Notes: generated by a model from the sequence alone, not told the origin. Shown: positions 9,825 through 21,068, numbered from the stretch's first letter. The stretch is DNA of 64,000 bases from Thermomicrobiales bacterium (GCA_039809985.1 JBDHWC010000001.1:14988-78987); one strand, 5' to 3'. Translations and numbers: made by a program.

Positions 9825-10310
9825 TTAGCTGCCGGCCCGCAGCCGGATCAGCGGGAACCCGAACTCCACGGCTTGGGCGTTGACGGCCACGATCTCTTCC
9901 ACCACGCCGCCGCGGTCGGCGGTGATTTCGTTCATGATCTTCATCGCCTCGATGATGCCGATCACCGATCCCGCCGCGATCGAGTCACCGACCCGCACGA
10001 ACGGGGCTGCGCCGGGGTTCGGCGACGCGTAGAACGTGCCGACCATCGGCGCGGTGATGACGTGGCCGGCCGGAGTCGGCGCTGCGTCGTCGACCGGCGC
10101 GACCGCAGGGTCGCCGTGGGTGGCCATCGCCACACCGGTGCCGCGGAGTCGCACGGTGACGCCGGCGCACGCGACGTCCAGCTCGGTGACCCCGCCGCCG
10201 CGCATCATGCCGACCAGCGCCCGAACCAGGTGCTCAACCTGCTCGGTGCTTGGCGCTGTCGGGCCGAACTCGTCGCTCGGCGTGTCGGAATCGTTCGCGC
10301 TGCCGCCCAC
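9825..10310 (-). CDS. accB: Biotin carboxyl carrier protein (AccB-like)
   Basis: C-terminal biotinyl domain with EAMKIMNEI. GTG start directly abuts the efp stop. No accC is adjacent. Confidence 0.8.
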   Translation of the reverse strand: MGGSANDSDTPSDEFGPTAPSTEQVEHLVRALVGMMRGGGVTELDVACAGVTVRLRGTGVAMATHGDPAVAPVDDAAPTPAGHVITAPMVGTFYASPNPGAAPFVRVGDSIAAGSVIGIIEAMKIMNEITADRGGVVEEIVAVNAQAVEFGFPLIRLRAGS

Positions 10311-10871
10311 TCAGTTGACTCGCTCGACGTAGGCACCGGTGCGGGTGTCGACCTTCAGCACGTCCCCGATGTTGACGAAGAGCGGCACGCTGACGACGAG
10401 GCCGGTCTCGAGGGTGGCCGGCTTGGTCGCGCCGCTGGCGGTGTCGCCCTTGAGGCCGGGGTCGGTCTCGGCGACGGTGAGGTTGACCGCGGTCGGCAGT
10501 TCGATGTCGATCGGCTCGTCGTTCCAGACGAGGAGGTCGACGATGTCGTTCTCCTTGATGTACTTGCCCGCGTCGCCGATCGCGTCGTCGTTCAGGACGA
10601 GCTGGTCGAACGACTCGGTGTCCATGAAGTGGCGGTCGGCCCCGTCGGGGTAGAGGTACTGGACGTGTCGTCGCTCGAGCCGGACCGGGGTGAACCGCGC
10701 GCCCGCCTGAACGGAGGTCTGGGTGATCGACCCGGTGCGCAGATCGCGCAGGGTGAGGCGGACCTGGGCGGAGCCGCGACCCTGCTTGTTGTGGGCGAAG
10801 TCGACCACCTTGACCAGTCGACCGTCCCAGTCGAGGGTCAGACCCTTTCGCAGATCTCCCGTGTCGATCAT
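10311..10871 (-). CDS. efp: Elongation factor P
   Basis: 186 aa from MIDTGDLRKGL. Contains DPGLKGDTA and KVDTRTGAYVERV. The loop is HNKQGRGSA, with Arg at the position of E. coli K34. Confidence 0.95.
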   Translation of the reverse strand: MIDTGDLRKGLTLDWDGRLVKVVDFAHNKQGRGSAQVRLTLRDLRTGSITQTSVQAGARFTPVRLERRHVQYLYPDGADRHFMDTESFDQLVLNDDAIGDAGKYIKENDIVDLLVWNDEPIDIELPTAVNLTVAETDPGLKGDTASGATKPATLETGLVVSVPLFVNIGDVLKVDTRTGAYVERVN

Positions 10872-10888
10872 CGTTCGCTGTGCTCCTC

Positions 10889-11998
10889 TCAGCGGTGGGT
10901 CGGCACCACCATGTCGGCGAGCCGTTTCGGCGATCGCGTCAGGTTGCGGAAGCCGCCTTCCGTCACCACGCCGACATCCTCGATGCGCACGCCGCCCCAC
11001 CCGTCGACGTAGATGCCCGGTTCGACCGTGACCACCTGTCCGGGCCGCAGCGTGTCACCGGAAGTGCGGCCGAGGGACGGCGACTCGTGGACCTTCAGCC
11101 CCAGACCGTGCCCGAGACCGTGGACGAACTGGTCCCCGTAGCCGGCCCCGTCGATCACGTCGCGGGCGAGCTTGTCGCCGTCCGGCCCGGACATCCCGGC
11201 CTTCAACGAGCGCAGCGCCGCTTCCTGCGCGTCCAGCACGATAGTGTAAATGGTGCGGAACTGCTCGGTCGGCTCGCCGATGACGAAGGTCCGGGTCAGG
11301 TCGCCGCAGTAGCCGTCGACTTTCGCCCCGAGATCGACGATGACCGGCTCGCCCGCCGCCAGTCGGCGCTCGGTCGGGTCGTGGTGGGGCCGGGCGGCGT
11401 GGGGGCCGGACGCGACGATGGTGTCGAACGCAAGGCCATCGGAGCCGAGATCACGCATCAGGTCGGCGATCAGGTTCGCGAGCGCCACTTCCGTCATGCC
11501 GACCTCAACCTGGCTGAGGGCAGCGGCAAGGACTTGGTCGGTGATGTCCAGCGCGCGTTCAAGCGTCCGAAGCTCTTCGCGGTCCTTGACGGCCCGCAGA
11601 TCCTCCACGTGGTCGCCGACCGCAACCAGTTCAACGGCGTCGCCCGCTGCGGCGCGAATGTCGCCCCAGTCGCCGACGGTCAGGGCGCGCTCCTCGAACC
11701 CGACCCGGCGCAGTCCGGCGTCGCGCAGCCGCTCGCCGACGAACGCCGGCCACGGATGGCTCCACGCCTCCACGCGGACGTCGTCCCGGGTCGTCGCCTC
11801 GGCCAGCGGCAGGTTCGTGCGGCTGACGAGGAGCGTCGCCGCCTCCGGGCTGACCAGCAGGATGCCGGCGGACTCGTCCGGCCCGTGGTCGTCGTGCGGC
11901 AGCCCGCTGAGGTAGCGTCGGCTCGCCGGATGGCTGACCAGCAGGGCGTCGAGCTTCTGGTCGCCGAGCAGGGTGCGGGCGCGGTCGAGTTTGCTCAT
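10889..11998 (-). CDS. pepP: Xaa-Pro aminopeptidase (M24B family)
   Basis: 369-aa ORF with metal-ligand motifs [29 protein letters not shown] and VTVEPGIY. Confidence 0.85.
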   Translation of the reverse strand: MSKLDRARTLLGDQKLDALLVSHPASRRYLSGLPHDDHGPDESAGILLVSPEAATLLVSRTNLPLAEATTRDDVRVEAWSHPWPAFVGERLRDAGLRRVGFEERALTVGDWGDIRAAAGDAVELVAVGDHVEDLRAVKDREELRTLERALDITDQVLAAALSQVEVGMTEVALANLIADLMRDLGSDGLAFDTIVASGPHAARPHHDPTERRLAAGEPVIVDLGAKVDGYCGDLTRTFVIGEPTEQFRTIYTIVLDAQEAALRSLKAGMSGPDGDKLARDVIDGAGYGDQFVHGLGHGLGLKVHESPSLGRTSGDTLRPGQVVTVEPGIYVDGWGGVRIEDVGVVTEGGFRNLTRSPKRLADMVVPTHR

Positions 11999-12486
11999 GG
12001 GGTGGTGCTCCGGTTGCGCTGGGCCGCGATCCGGTCGATCGCGTAGCGGAGGGCCAGTCGATAGCTTTCCGCGCCGAACCCCGCGATCTGGCCGACGGCG
12101 ACCGGCGCGACGACGCTTCGGTGCCGAAACTCCTCACGGGCGTGGATGTTGGAGAGGTGCACCTCGACGGTCGGGCAGCCGACGCCGGAGATCGCGTCGC
12201 GCAGGGCGATGCTGTAGTGGGAGAGGCCGGCGGGGTTGATGATCAGCACGTCGGCGACCGCGCCTCGCTGCTGCACGAGATCGACCAACTCGCCCTCGTG
12301 GTTGCTCTGGTGGCATTCGACGGCGATCGGGAACGGGGCGTCGGCGGCGAGGTCGTGGAGGGCTTGGTTGATCTCGGCGAGCGTGACGTTGCCGTAGATG
12401 CCCGGCTCGCGTGTGCCGAGCAGATTCAGGTTTGGGCCGTGCAGCACGAGCACGAGCGGCATCGGCGGTTCGCGGTCGGCGGTCAT
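11995..12486 (-). CDS. aroQ: Type II 3-dehydroquinate dehydratase
   Basis: [31 protein letters not shown] and [11 protein letters not shown]. Its stop overlaps the pepP start (ATGA). Confidence 0.9.
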   Translation of the reverse strand: MTADREPPMPLVLVLHGPNLNLLGTREPGIYGNVTLAEINQALHDLAADAPFPIAVECHQSNHEGELVDLVQQRGAVADVLIINPAGLSHYSIALRDAISGVGCPTVEVHLSNIHAREEFRHRSVVAPVAVGQIAGFGAESYRLALRYAIDRIAAQRNRSTTP

Positions 12487-12512
12487 GCGGTTGGCGTCCC
12501 TCGTTTTCGGGC

Positions 12513-14525
<2,013 letters not shown>

Positions 14526-14617
14526 GGGTGGCTCCGAGCAACAAATCGCCCGCACGGGGGCGGGCTGCGGAGACCAAGTATACCGCGACCACTGGTTGGG
14601 GCGCGTGGATGCAGAGG

Positions 14618-15076
14618 CTACCGGATGCGGTAGAACTCGGCGTCGGCCCCGCCGAGGCCGATGATCTCGTCGATGTGGCGGACGGCCCAGCGCTGGCCCG
14701 CCCAGAGGAGGCGGGAGGTGGCCTCCTCCCGTTCGCACCACGCGTGGTCGACGAAGTCCGCGCCGAGATCGACGCGGCCGGGGGCGACCGCGAAGGCAAA
14801 GACCGGCGCCAGCACGATGGCGTCGCGGGTGTGGTCGAACACTTGGTTGATGAAGTCCGCGGAGTAGACCTCGGAGACGGACAGGCCGGTCGCAGCGACG
14901 ACGGCCCGCTCCGCGGCGTCGAGGGAAGTCTCGCCCGGCTCGATCTGCTCGTGGATCGCCTGCCAAGTGCCTCCGAGCGGCGCGTCCGGCCGTCGCAGCA
15001 GGAGCAGGAACTGGACCCGCGCGTGCAGGCGGCGGAAGACGTACGCGTCGACGAGGTCCGACACAACTTTCGGCAT
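14618..15076 (-). CDS. NUDIX hydrolase family protein
   Basis: Degenerate Nudix box [31 protein letters not shown]. Start chosen at MPKVVSDL (ATG 15076). Confidence 0.6.
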   Translation of the reverse strand: MPKVVSDLVDAYVFRRLHARVQFLLLLRRPDAPLGGTWQAIHEQIEPGETSLDAAERAVVAATGLSVSEVYSADFINQVFDHTRDAIVLAPVFAFAVAPGRVDLGADFVDHAWCEREEATSRLLWAGQRWAVRHIDEIIGLGGADAEFYRIR

Positions 15077-15228
15077 CCGGGCTGCCCTCACCACCAAGCG
15101 TGCCGGCACCGGCGCTGGCGTGTCGGGGCACACCGCCGGTTCGGCTCACGAGTCGGCGGACCTTACCACAGCACCAAGCCGAATCGGGGAGAGTCGAGGT
15201 CCTGTCGTGGCACCGAGGACACGATGCG

Positions 15229-15627
15229 CTACCGCAAGCGGTCTCCAGGCGGACCGTCCAAGTCGCGCCCGCGCCATTTCCGGAGGCCGTTGCTGCCTGA
15301 GGAGGTCGACGGTCGCCAGACCATGGCGAGGCAGACGAGACTGGCGATGCCGAGAACGAACCCGACGAGATGACTCGACGACGCGACCAGCGCCGCCGCC
15401 ACGGCAACGAGGAGCGACGCGACCAGCCAGAGGCCGGGGCCGAGCCGACGCGCCACCGAAGGCAGTTCCGGTGGTCTCGACACGGCGCGACGGCCTCGCC
15501 GGCCGGCGTCGCGAAGGCGCTCGGTCGGGGTCGGGTCGCGATCGACCTGGTTCAGGATCTGGAGCACCTCGTCCTCGAGACGGGTGCGCGGCGGCGGAGG
15601 ATCGGGGGACGAGGTTGGGGCAGGCAT
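15229..15627 (-). CDS. Hypothetical small membrane protein (two predicted TM helices)
   Basis: 132-aa ORF with high GC3. Charged N-terminal region, then the hydrophobic stretch [40 protein letters not shown] recognise no family. Confidence 0.45.
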   Translation of the reverse strand: MPAPTSSPDPPPPRTRLEDEVLQILNQVDRDPTPTERLRDAGRRGRRAVSRPPELPSVARRLGPGLWLVASLLVAVAAALVASSSHLVGFVLGIASLVCLAMVWRPSTSSGSNGLRKWRGRDLDGPPGDRLR

Positions 15628-15785
15628 TGGCGAACACCGTCACGGGCGTTGCGGCGCGGGCCGGGTCGCCCCGCGGTTGGATGGTACTGTAGCCTTCTCG
15701 GCACGCGCCAAAGATCGCGCAATGCCCGTCGGTGCGAGGCGGGCGGGGCCGTGCACGGTCACGGGGGGTGGCGGGCGTGGACGAG

Positions 15786-16214
15786 ATGCGGTTCACCATC
15801 ATCGACGACGCCGGCGCGGTGACGTTCACCGCGCCGCCGCACGTGCGGAAAATGCTGGCCGCGGCGGCGAGCCGCGGACCGGTCACCGCCGACGAACTGC
15901 TGCGTCTCGCAGAGGAGTACGACCCGCAGTTCTTTGGCCAGCTGCTGGCGTCGTCCTCGCGGTCCGAGAACGGCGCGGGTCCGGCCAAGTCCGGGCTGCT
16001 CGCGGTCGACGGCGACGAGAGTCGCCGGCAAAGCATGGCGCCAGCCCCGCTCGGGCTGTTGGTGTTCAACCTGCCGGCCCGCCGCATCGTGCAGGTGCAG
16101 AACAGCTACGGGGACTTGCAGCGCAAGGATCGTGGTCGGCTGCGACGCGACGGGCGGCCTGTGCGGGCCTACTACCGGTACGCCTTGCCCGACGACTGGT
16201 CGATCGTCCCGTAG
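15786..16214 (+). CDS. Hypothetical protein
   Basis: 142 aa from MRFTIIDDAGAVTF, with strongly G/C-biased third positions consistent with real coding. No recognisable motif. Confidence 0.5.
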   Translation: MRFTIIDDAGAVTFTAPPHVRKMLAAAASRGPVTADELLRLAEEYDPQFFGQLLASSSRSENGAGPAKSGLLAVDGDESRRQSMAPAPLGLLVFNLPARRIVQVQNSYGDLQRKDRGRLRRDGRPVRAYYRYALPDDWSIVP

Positions 16215-16221
16215 CCGAGGG

Positions 16222-17262
16222 TCAGCCGGCGGTCGGCGTGGTGTCGTCCGGGTTCTTGCCGTTGCCAGGGCGGCGCTTGCGGCCGAGGTTGCCGATGAAC
16301 ATCCGGGTGATGTGCTCGGAGAAGTTCTCGGGCCCGAGCTCGGCGGCCGTGTCCTGGAGCAACTCTCCGTCGCGCGTCGTCTGGGTCGACCACACGGCCC
16401 GGGCGTCGCGGGCGTTCTCGAAGTAGCGGCTGAGGGCAGGGCCCGCGGCTTCGTCGTCGCGCTGCAAGTCGGCCCGGAAGCGCTGGAGATCCGCCATGTA
16501 GGCATCGAGCCAGCGGGTGACGGCGTCGCGGTTCGTCAGCAGAATGTCGCGGTACATCGCGGGGCTGCCGGAGGCGAGGCGGCTGACGTCGCGGAAGCCG
16601 CCCGCGGTCAGCGTGCGCATGTCGCGCCACGAGGGGTCGCCGCTGACGGTGTTCATCAGGGCCGAGGAGACCACGAACGGCAGATGGCTGACGCCGGCGA
16701 CGTAGGCGTCGTGCTCGGTGGGGTCGACGAAATAGGGCTCGGCGCGGAGGGCGGCGATCATGCCGAGCACGTTGCGGATCGCTTCCTCCGAGGCGCGGAC
16801 CGACGGGCAGACGCACCACGTCGCCCCTTGGAAGAGGTCGGCGTCCGCGCCTTCGATGCTCTCGGTCTTGCCGGCCATCGGGTGCGAGCCGACGAACGAG
16901 ACGGTGCGCGGCAGGATGGCGTCGGCCCAGCGGAGCACTTGGGCCTTGGTCGAGCCGGTGTCGACGACGGTCGTGCCAGAGCGAAGTCGCGGGGCGATCG
17001 CCTCGAACGTCTCGCGCATCGCCAGCACGGGCGTGGTGACGATGACGAGGTCCGACTCGGGGATCACCTTCGCCAAGTCCCACGCGGTGCGGTCGACCGC
17101 GCCCAGTTTCTGGGCCTGGTTCTGGTGGTCGAGATCGGTGTCGAAGCCGGTGACCTCGAGGGCGGGCTTGCCGTCGACGCGGTTGGCGTCCGCCCACTTG
17201 CGGAGGCCGAGCCCGATGGAGCCGCCGATGAGGCCGAGCCCGATGATGGTGACGCGCTGCAT
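16222..17262 (-). CDS. tyrA: Prephenate (or arogenate) dehydrogenase
   Basis: N-terminal Rossmann motif VTIIGLGLIGGSIG, and SHPMAG and DP..HD elements typical of TyrA. Confidence 0.85.
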   Translation of the reverse strand: MQRVTIIGLGLIGGSIGLGLRKWADANRVDGKPALEVTGFDTDLDHQNQAQKLGAVDRTAWDLAKVIPESDLVIVTTPVLAMRETFEAIAPRLRSGTTVVDTGSTKAQVLRWADAILPRTVSFVGSHPMAGKTESIEGADADLFQGATWCVCPSVRASEEAIRNVLGMIAALRAEPYFVDPTEHDAYVAGVSHLPFVVSSALMNTVSGDPSWRDMRTLTAGGFRDVSRLASGSPAMYRDILLTNRDAVTRWLDAYMADLQRFRADLQRDDEAAGPALSRYFENARDARAVWSTQTTRDGELLQDTAAELGPENFSEHITRMFIGNLGRKRRPGNGKNPDDTTPTAG

Positions 17263-17296
17263 CCGAACTGCTCCCTGCGGCGCGGGCCGCTCGCCT

Positions 17297-17926
17297 CTAC
17301 GGTTGGTACGCCTCGGTGTCGATCTGGCGAACCCAGCCCTCGGTGCCGTCGGAGGACCGGAACTTCATCCAGCGCGGGGCGTCGCTGGGGTCGGTCGCCG
17401 GGGCGTCCTCGTTCAGGTACTGGAGGGGGGACGCCGGCGGCAGCGTGATCAGGATCGGGTCATTGCGCGAGGGCCCGGCCCGGAAGTTGACACTCTGGTC
17501 GGCGCTGATCTGGTAGTCGGGCGTGAACGGCGCGGGGGTTCCCTCGGTCGCCGCGATCGCCGGGGCCTCGGTCGGGGCGGTGTCGGCCGACGACACGGTC
17601 GGGGCGGGTGGCGCGGTCGGTGCCGGCGGCGGGTTGTCGGTTGTCTGGGCGGCGGCCTGGCCGCCGTCGGAGACTTGGCTCGTCTCAGTGGTCGGGGCCG
17701 AGATCGGGACGAAATCGGTCATCAGGGGGACAAGGCCGGCGTAGATCAACGTCGCCGCGCCGATGCAGATGGCGATGGTGAGGGCCATCGCCAAGGCGAT
17801 GGCCAAGCCGGAGCGGCGAGCGCGCTGGCGGAGACGATTGTCGAGACCCGGATCCACCATCAGTCGGCGCGGTCCACGTGCGTGCGCTCGCCCTCCCACC
17901 ACCGCGGTCGGACGAACCCGGCGCAT
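17297..17926 (-). CDS. Membrane-anchored protein with Pro/Thr/Ala-rich linker and C-terminal SH3b-like domain
   Basis: One TM segment (GLAIALAMALTIAICIGAATLIYAGL), a PAPT-rich linker, and a C-terminus VNFRAGPS...WMKFRSSDGTEGWV resembling bacterial SH3. The start is uncertain; the alternative is ATG 17860. Confidence 0.55.
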   Translation of the reverse strand: MRRVRPTAVVGGRAHARGPRRLMVDPGLDNRLRQRARRSGLAIALAMALTIAICIGAATLIYAGLVPLMTDFVPISAPTTETSQVSDGGQAAAQTTDNPPPAPTAPPAPTVSSADTAPTEAPAIAATEGTPAPFTPDYQISADQSVNFRAGPSRNDPILITLPPASPLQYLNEDAPATDPSDAPRWMKFRSSDGTEGWVRQIDTEAYQP

Positions 17927-18005
17927 CCCTCGGCTGCGGCTGCGAACTCCCCGGCGGGAAGTGTAGCGTCTGCGCTGGCTGGGGACGATGCGACGGCGGG
18001 ACGGT

Positions 18006-19481
18006 TCACCGCATGGTGGACGGCAGGATGCCCAGCTCGGCCCGGTACTTGGCGACCGTGCGGCGGGCGATGCGAATGCCCTGGTCGAGCAGCAGGTCGC
18101 AGATGCGGCGGTCGGTGAGGTGCTCGCCGTTGCGCGTCTCGCGTTCGATCAGTTCCTTGATCACGTCCTTCGTGCTGAGCGACGGGGTGAAGAAATCGCT
18201 GAACGGCACGACGCGTCGGGAGGGGAGCATGACGTACTTGTTCGCGGTCGCCCGGCTGACGGTCGACTCGTGGACGCCGACGTGCTGGGCGACGACGGCC
18301 CGGGTGAGCGGGCGAAGCTCGCGCACGCCGCCGCGCAGGAAACTCTCCTGCAGGTCGCAGACGCAGCGACTGATCTTCAACAGCGTCTCGCGGCGTTGCT
18401 GGATGTTGGCGATGAAGAGTCTGGCCCGGCTCGTCGACTGGCGGACATGGGCCCGGTCCTCGTCGGAGACGAGCGCGGGCGCGGGCGCGACGGCCGTGGA
18501 CGTGGCGACGTGGTGGCCGTTCGGCGAGGGTGGTTCGGCTCCCCTGCGCTTGCCTAGCTCGGAGGCGAGCGAGCCGTAGAGCCCGTTCAGCTTGAGGTGG
18601 AAGTCGCGACTGTCGACGACCTCGACGACGAGCTCGTCGTCACGGAGGGCGATGATGACGTCGGGGGCAACGTACGGGGATGCGGTCGGCGTGCGCCATG
18701 ACCGGTTGGAGGCCGACTGCAGCGGGTGGGGGCTGAGGTGCTCGCGGATGAAGTCGCGGGCGGCGTCGATCTCCTCCGGCTGCAGGCCGAGTTCCTTGCT
18801 GATCAGCCCGAACCGATGCGCCCCGAACTCCGCCAGGAAGCGCTCGACGATCTGCTCGACCTGCCACGGGACCTCGTGGCCGAGACGCTTGAGGTAGGCG
18901 ATCTGGAGCAGGAGGCACTCCTGCAACGTCCGCGCCCCGACGCCGACCGGGGCAACCTCCTGGATGGCAGTGACAACGCTGTCGATCTCGGTTCGGCTGC
19001 GGCGGGTGATGCGGGCGAGCTCGTCGAGGTCGCAGCCGATCAGACCGCGCTCGTCCAGCGAGTCGACGAGGTACTCGGCGATCGGGTGGTCGGCGGGGTC
19101 GAGCACCGAGCGGGCGTCGAGGAGGATCTGCTCGCGGACATCCTCGCCTTGGGCGACCAGCGTCAGCGGGTCGAAGTCATCGGAGTCTTCCGCGGTCGAG
19201 TGGGCCGTGACCATCACCTCGGGGAAGTCCTCGAAGTTCTCGGACGGCTGGTCGCGGCGGTGGCTGACCAGGCAGACCGGGCAGAACGCCCCGTCGAGCA
19301 TCGTGCCGCATTGCGGGCAGACGGGCCGGTCGTCGAGTTCGAGGGCGGGGTTGGCATCCATCTCGGCCGCGATCACGGCCTGCAGTTCGAGCCGGGACAG
19401 ACTCAGGATGTAGTTGGCTTCGATCAGGCTGGGCGAGACCCACGTCCGCATGTCCTGACTGAGTTCGAACCCCGATTCCAT
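18006..19481 (-). CDS. rpoN: RNA polymerase sigma-54 factor
   Basis: 491 aa from MESGFELSQDM. Region I-like L..S..ELQAVIAAEMDANPALE, core-binding region, and a C-terminal RpoN box ARRTVAKYR. SD AGAGGGGA upstream. Confidence 0.9.
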   Translation of the reverse strand: MESGFELSQDMRTWVSPSLIEANYILSLSRLELQAVIAAEMDANPALELDDRPVCPQCGTMLDGAFCPVCLVSHRRDQPSENFEDFPEVMVTAHSTAEDSDDFDPLTLVAQGEDVREQILLDARSVLDPADHPIAEYLVDSLDERGLIGCDLDELARITRRSRTEIDSVVTAIQEVAPVGVGARTLQECLLLQIAYLKRLGHEVPWQVEQIVERFLAEFGAHRFGLISKELGLQPEEIDAARDFIREHLSPHPLQSASNRSWRTPTASPYVAPDVIIALRDDELVVEVVDSRDFHLKLNGLYGSLASELGKRRGAEPPSPNGHHVATSTAVAPAPALVSDEDRAHVRQSTSRARLFIANIQQRRETLLKISRCVCDLQESFLRGGVRELRPLTRAVVAQHVGVHESTVSRATANKYVMLPSRRVVPFSDFFTPSLSTKDVIKELIERETRNGEHLTDRRICDLLLDQGIRIARRTVAKYRAELGILPSTMR

Positions 19482-19569
19482 GAACGGTTCCCCTCTGACC
19501 CACGAACTGGCGCGGCGGCCGTGGCGCGCGTGGTCGTGCCGCCGGCTCCCGGCGTTGCGGTGGCAACGC

Positions 19570-19584
19570 TGGCAAGATTCTTGC
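19570..19584 (+). promoter_or_regulatory. Sigma-54 -24/-12 promoter-like element (TGGCAagattcTTGC), pointing toward the M50/CBS protease gene
   Basis: Matches TGGCAC-N5-TTGCW with exact GG-N10-GC spacing. Confidence 0.45.
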
Positions 19585-19602
19585 GATACTCCGAGCTCAC
19601 CA

Positions 19603-19618
19603 TGCAAGAACCATGCCA
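19603..19618 (-). promoter_or_regulatory. Sigma-54 -24/-12 promoter-like element (TGGCAtggttcTTGCA on the - strand), pointing toward rpoN
   Basis: The reverse complement of 19603-19618 reads TGGCATGGTTCTTGCA with exact GG-N10-GC spacing. It lies ~120 nt upstream of the rpoN start codon. Confidence 0.45.
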
Positions 19619-19810
19619 CGTTCCACGTCCGCGCGCCTCCGGCGGCACGGTGGCCCGTTCGTCCTGCGTGTACATTCAAGACCGGGATTGCTATGCTGTT
19701 TCATGGAATCGGTCTCGTTTGCGACGGCGCAACGGTCGAACGGCGCACGTTCCGGGCGGACAGTTCGTCGAAGAGGCTCCGGTCGTGCGACGAGTCGGCG
19801 AAGGCGGACG

Positions 19811-20971
19811 ATGGGATCACTGACGATCGCCAACCTGCTCGGGGTCGACATCCGGCTGCACCCGTCGTTCGCGCTGGTGCTGGCGTGGGTGCTCGTCGAC
19901 TGGCGCGACTTCGGGTGGACCACCAGCCCGGCGCAGATGGCGGTCGCGGCGGCGACGATCGTGCTGGTGTACGGGTGCGTGCTGCTGCACGAGATGGGGC
20001 ACGCGCTGGTCGCCCGTGAGCACGGGATTCGGGTTCAGGACGTGACGCTGTCGGCCATCGGCGGCGTGGCAAGGATGGAGAGCCTGCCGCTGCGGCCCCG
20101 GATCGAGGTGGCGATCGCCCTTGCCGGGCCGGGGATGAACGTGGCGGTCGCGGCGGCGATGCTGCCGCTGGTTCTGATCGCGGGCGTTGCGCTGGGGTTC
20201 AACGGGCTGGACGACTATGTGCTGCGGGCGTTCGACCCGTCGCTCAGCGGGTTGCTCATCGGGCTCTTCTTCTCCAATCTCGTGCTGATGCTCTTCAACC
20301 TGCTGCCGGCGTTCCCGATGGACGGCGGCCACGTGCTTCGCGCCGGCCTCATCCCCGTCGTCGGGCGGGAGCGGGCAACGAAGGTCTCGGTCCGGGTGGC
20401 GCAAGTCTTGGCGGCGGCGATCGCGCTGGTGGCGATTGTTGAGTTCCGCAACCCGTGGCTAGTGTTGCTGGCGCTCCTGCTGGCCGGTCTGGCGCAGGCC
20501 GAGGGCCGGGCAGCACGGATCGAGTCGGCGATGCGCCGAATGCGGGTCGGCCAGTTCGCGCTCTGGGACATGGGCGGCGTCCCGCCCGACCAGCCGATCG
20601 CCTACGCCTTGCGGGACGGCCCACGGGACGTGGCGGTGACGCGCAACGGGGCGGTCGTCGGCATCCTCTGGCGCAACACCCTGCTGAACGAACTCTCAAG
20701 GAATGGCCACCACCGGACAGTGGGGGAGATCGCTTCCGAGCCTTCGGTGCTGGCCAACGTCGACGAGTCGGTCTTCGACGTCCACCAGCGGATGGTGGCC
20801 AACAAGGCGTGGGCGGTGCCGGTGGTTGAGGACGGGGTCTACCGCGGCATCTTCACGGCGGACCGGTTCTTGCATGTTTACCGGCAACTCGCGCCGAACC
20901 CGCTCGAGATCGCGTTGAGCAGCGGGCCGCTCGAGGCATTGCGGGGCGTGGTGCGGTCGCTGGCGAGCTGA
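19811..20971 (+). CDS. Site-2 (M50) family zinc metalloprotease with C-terminal CBS domain pair
   Basis: HEMGHALVA (HExxH), NLLPAFPMDGGHVL, multiple TM segments, and a C-terminal CBS-like region. Start chosen at MGSLTIANLLG. Confidence 0.85.
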   Translation: MGSLTIANLLGVDIRLHPSFALVLAWVLVDWRDFGWTTSPAQMAVAAATIVLVYGCVLLHEMGHALVAREHGIRVQDVTLSAIGGVARMESLPLRPRIEVAIALAGPGMNVAVAAAMLPLVLIAGVALGFNGLDDYVLRAFDPSLSGLLIGLFFSNLVLMLFNLLPAFPMDGGHVLRAGLIPVVGRERATKVSVRVAQVLAAAIALVAIVEFRNPWLVLLALLLAGLAQAEGRAARIESAMRRMRVGQFALWDMGGVPPDQPIAYALRDGPRDVAVTRNGAVVGILWRNTLLNELSRNGHHRTVGEIASEPSVLANVDESVFDVHQRMVANKAWAVPVVEDGVYRGIFTADRFLHVYRQLAPNPLEIALSSGPLEALRGVVRSLAS

Positions 20972-21003
20972 GACGTTGGACGTCTGCTGCAGCGGTGCCG
21001 CGG

Positions 21004-21032
21004 TTGACCCCGCCATCGGCAGGGACTAGGAT
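21004..21032 (+). promoter_or_regulatory. Sigma-70-type promoter candidate for the Rrf2/desulfurase operon (TTGACC-N17-TAGGAT)
   Basis: TTGACC at 21004-21009 and TAGGAT at 21027-21032, ~37 nt upstream of the ATG at 21069. Confidence 0.45.
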
Positions 21033-21068
21033 GACCACAAATCCGCCGACGCTCGCAGGCCGTGAGTC

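Noticed and set aside
14526-15407. 5' extension of the uvrB ORF to 964 aa, running through the NUDIX gene region.
   Set aside because: The UvrB homology begins exactly at MPEFKIV (ATG 14525). The upstream part is Arg/Pro-rich nonsense that overlaps a better-supported gene in another frame.
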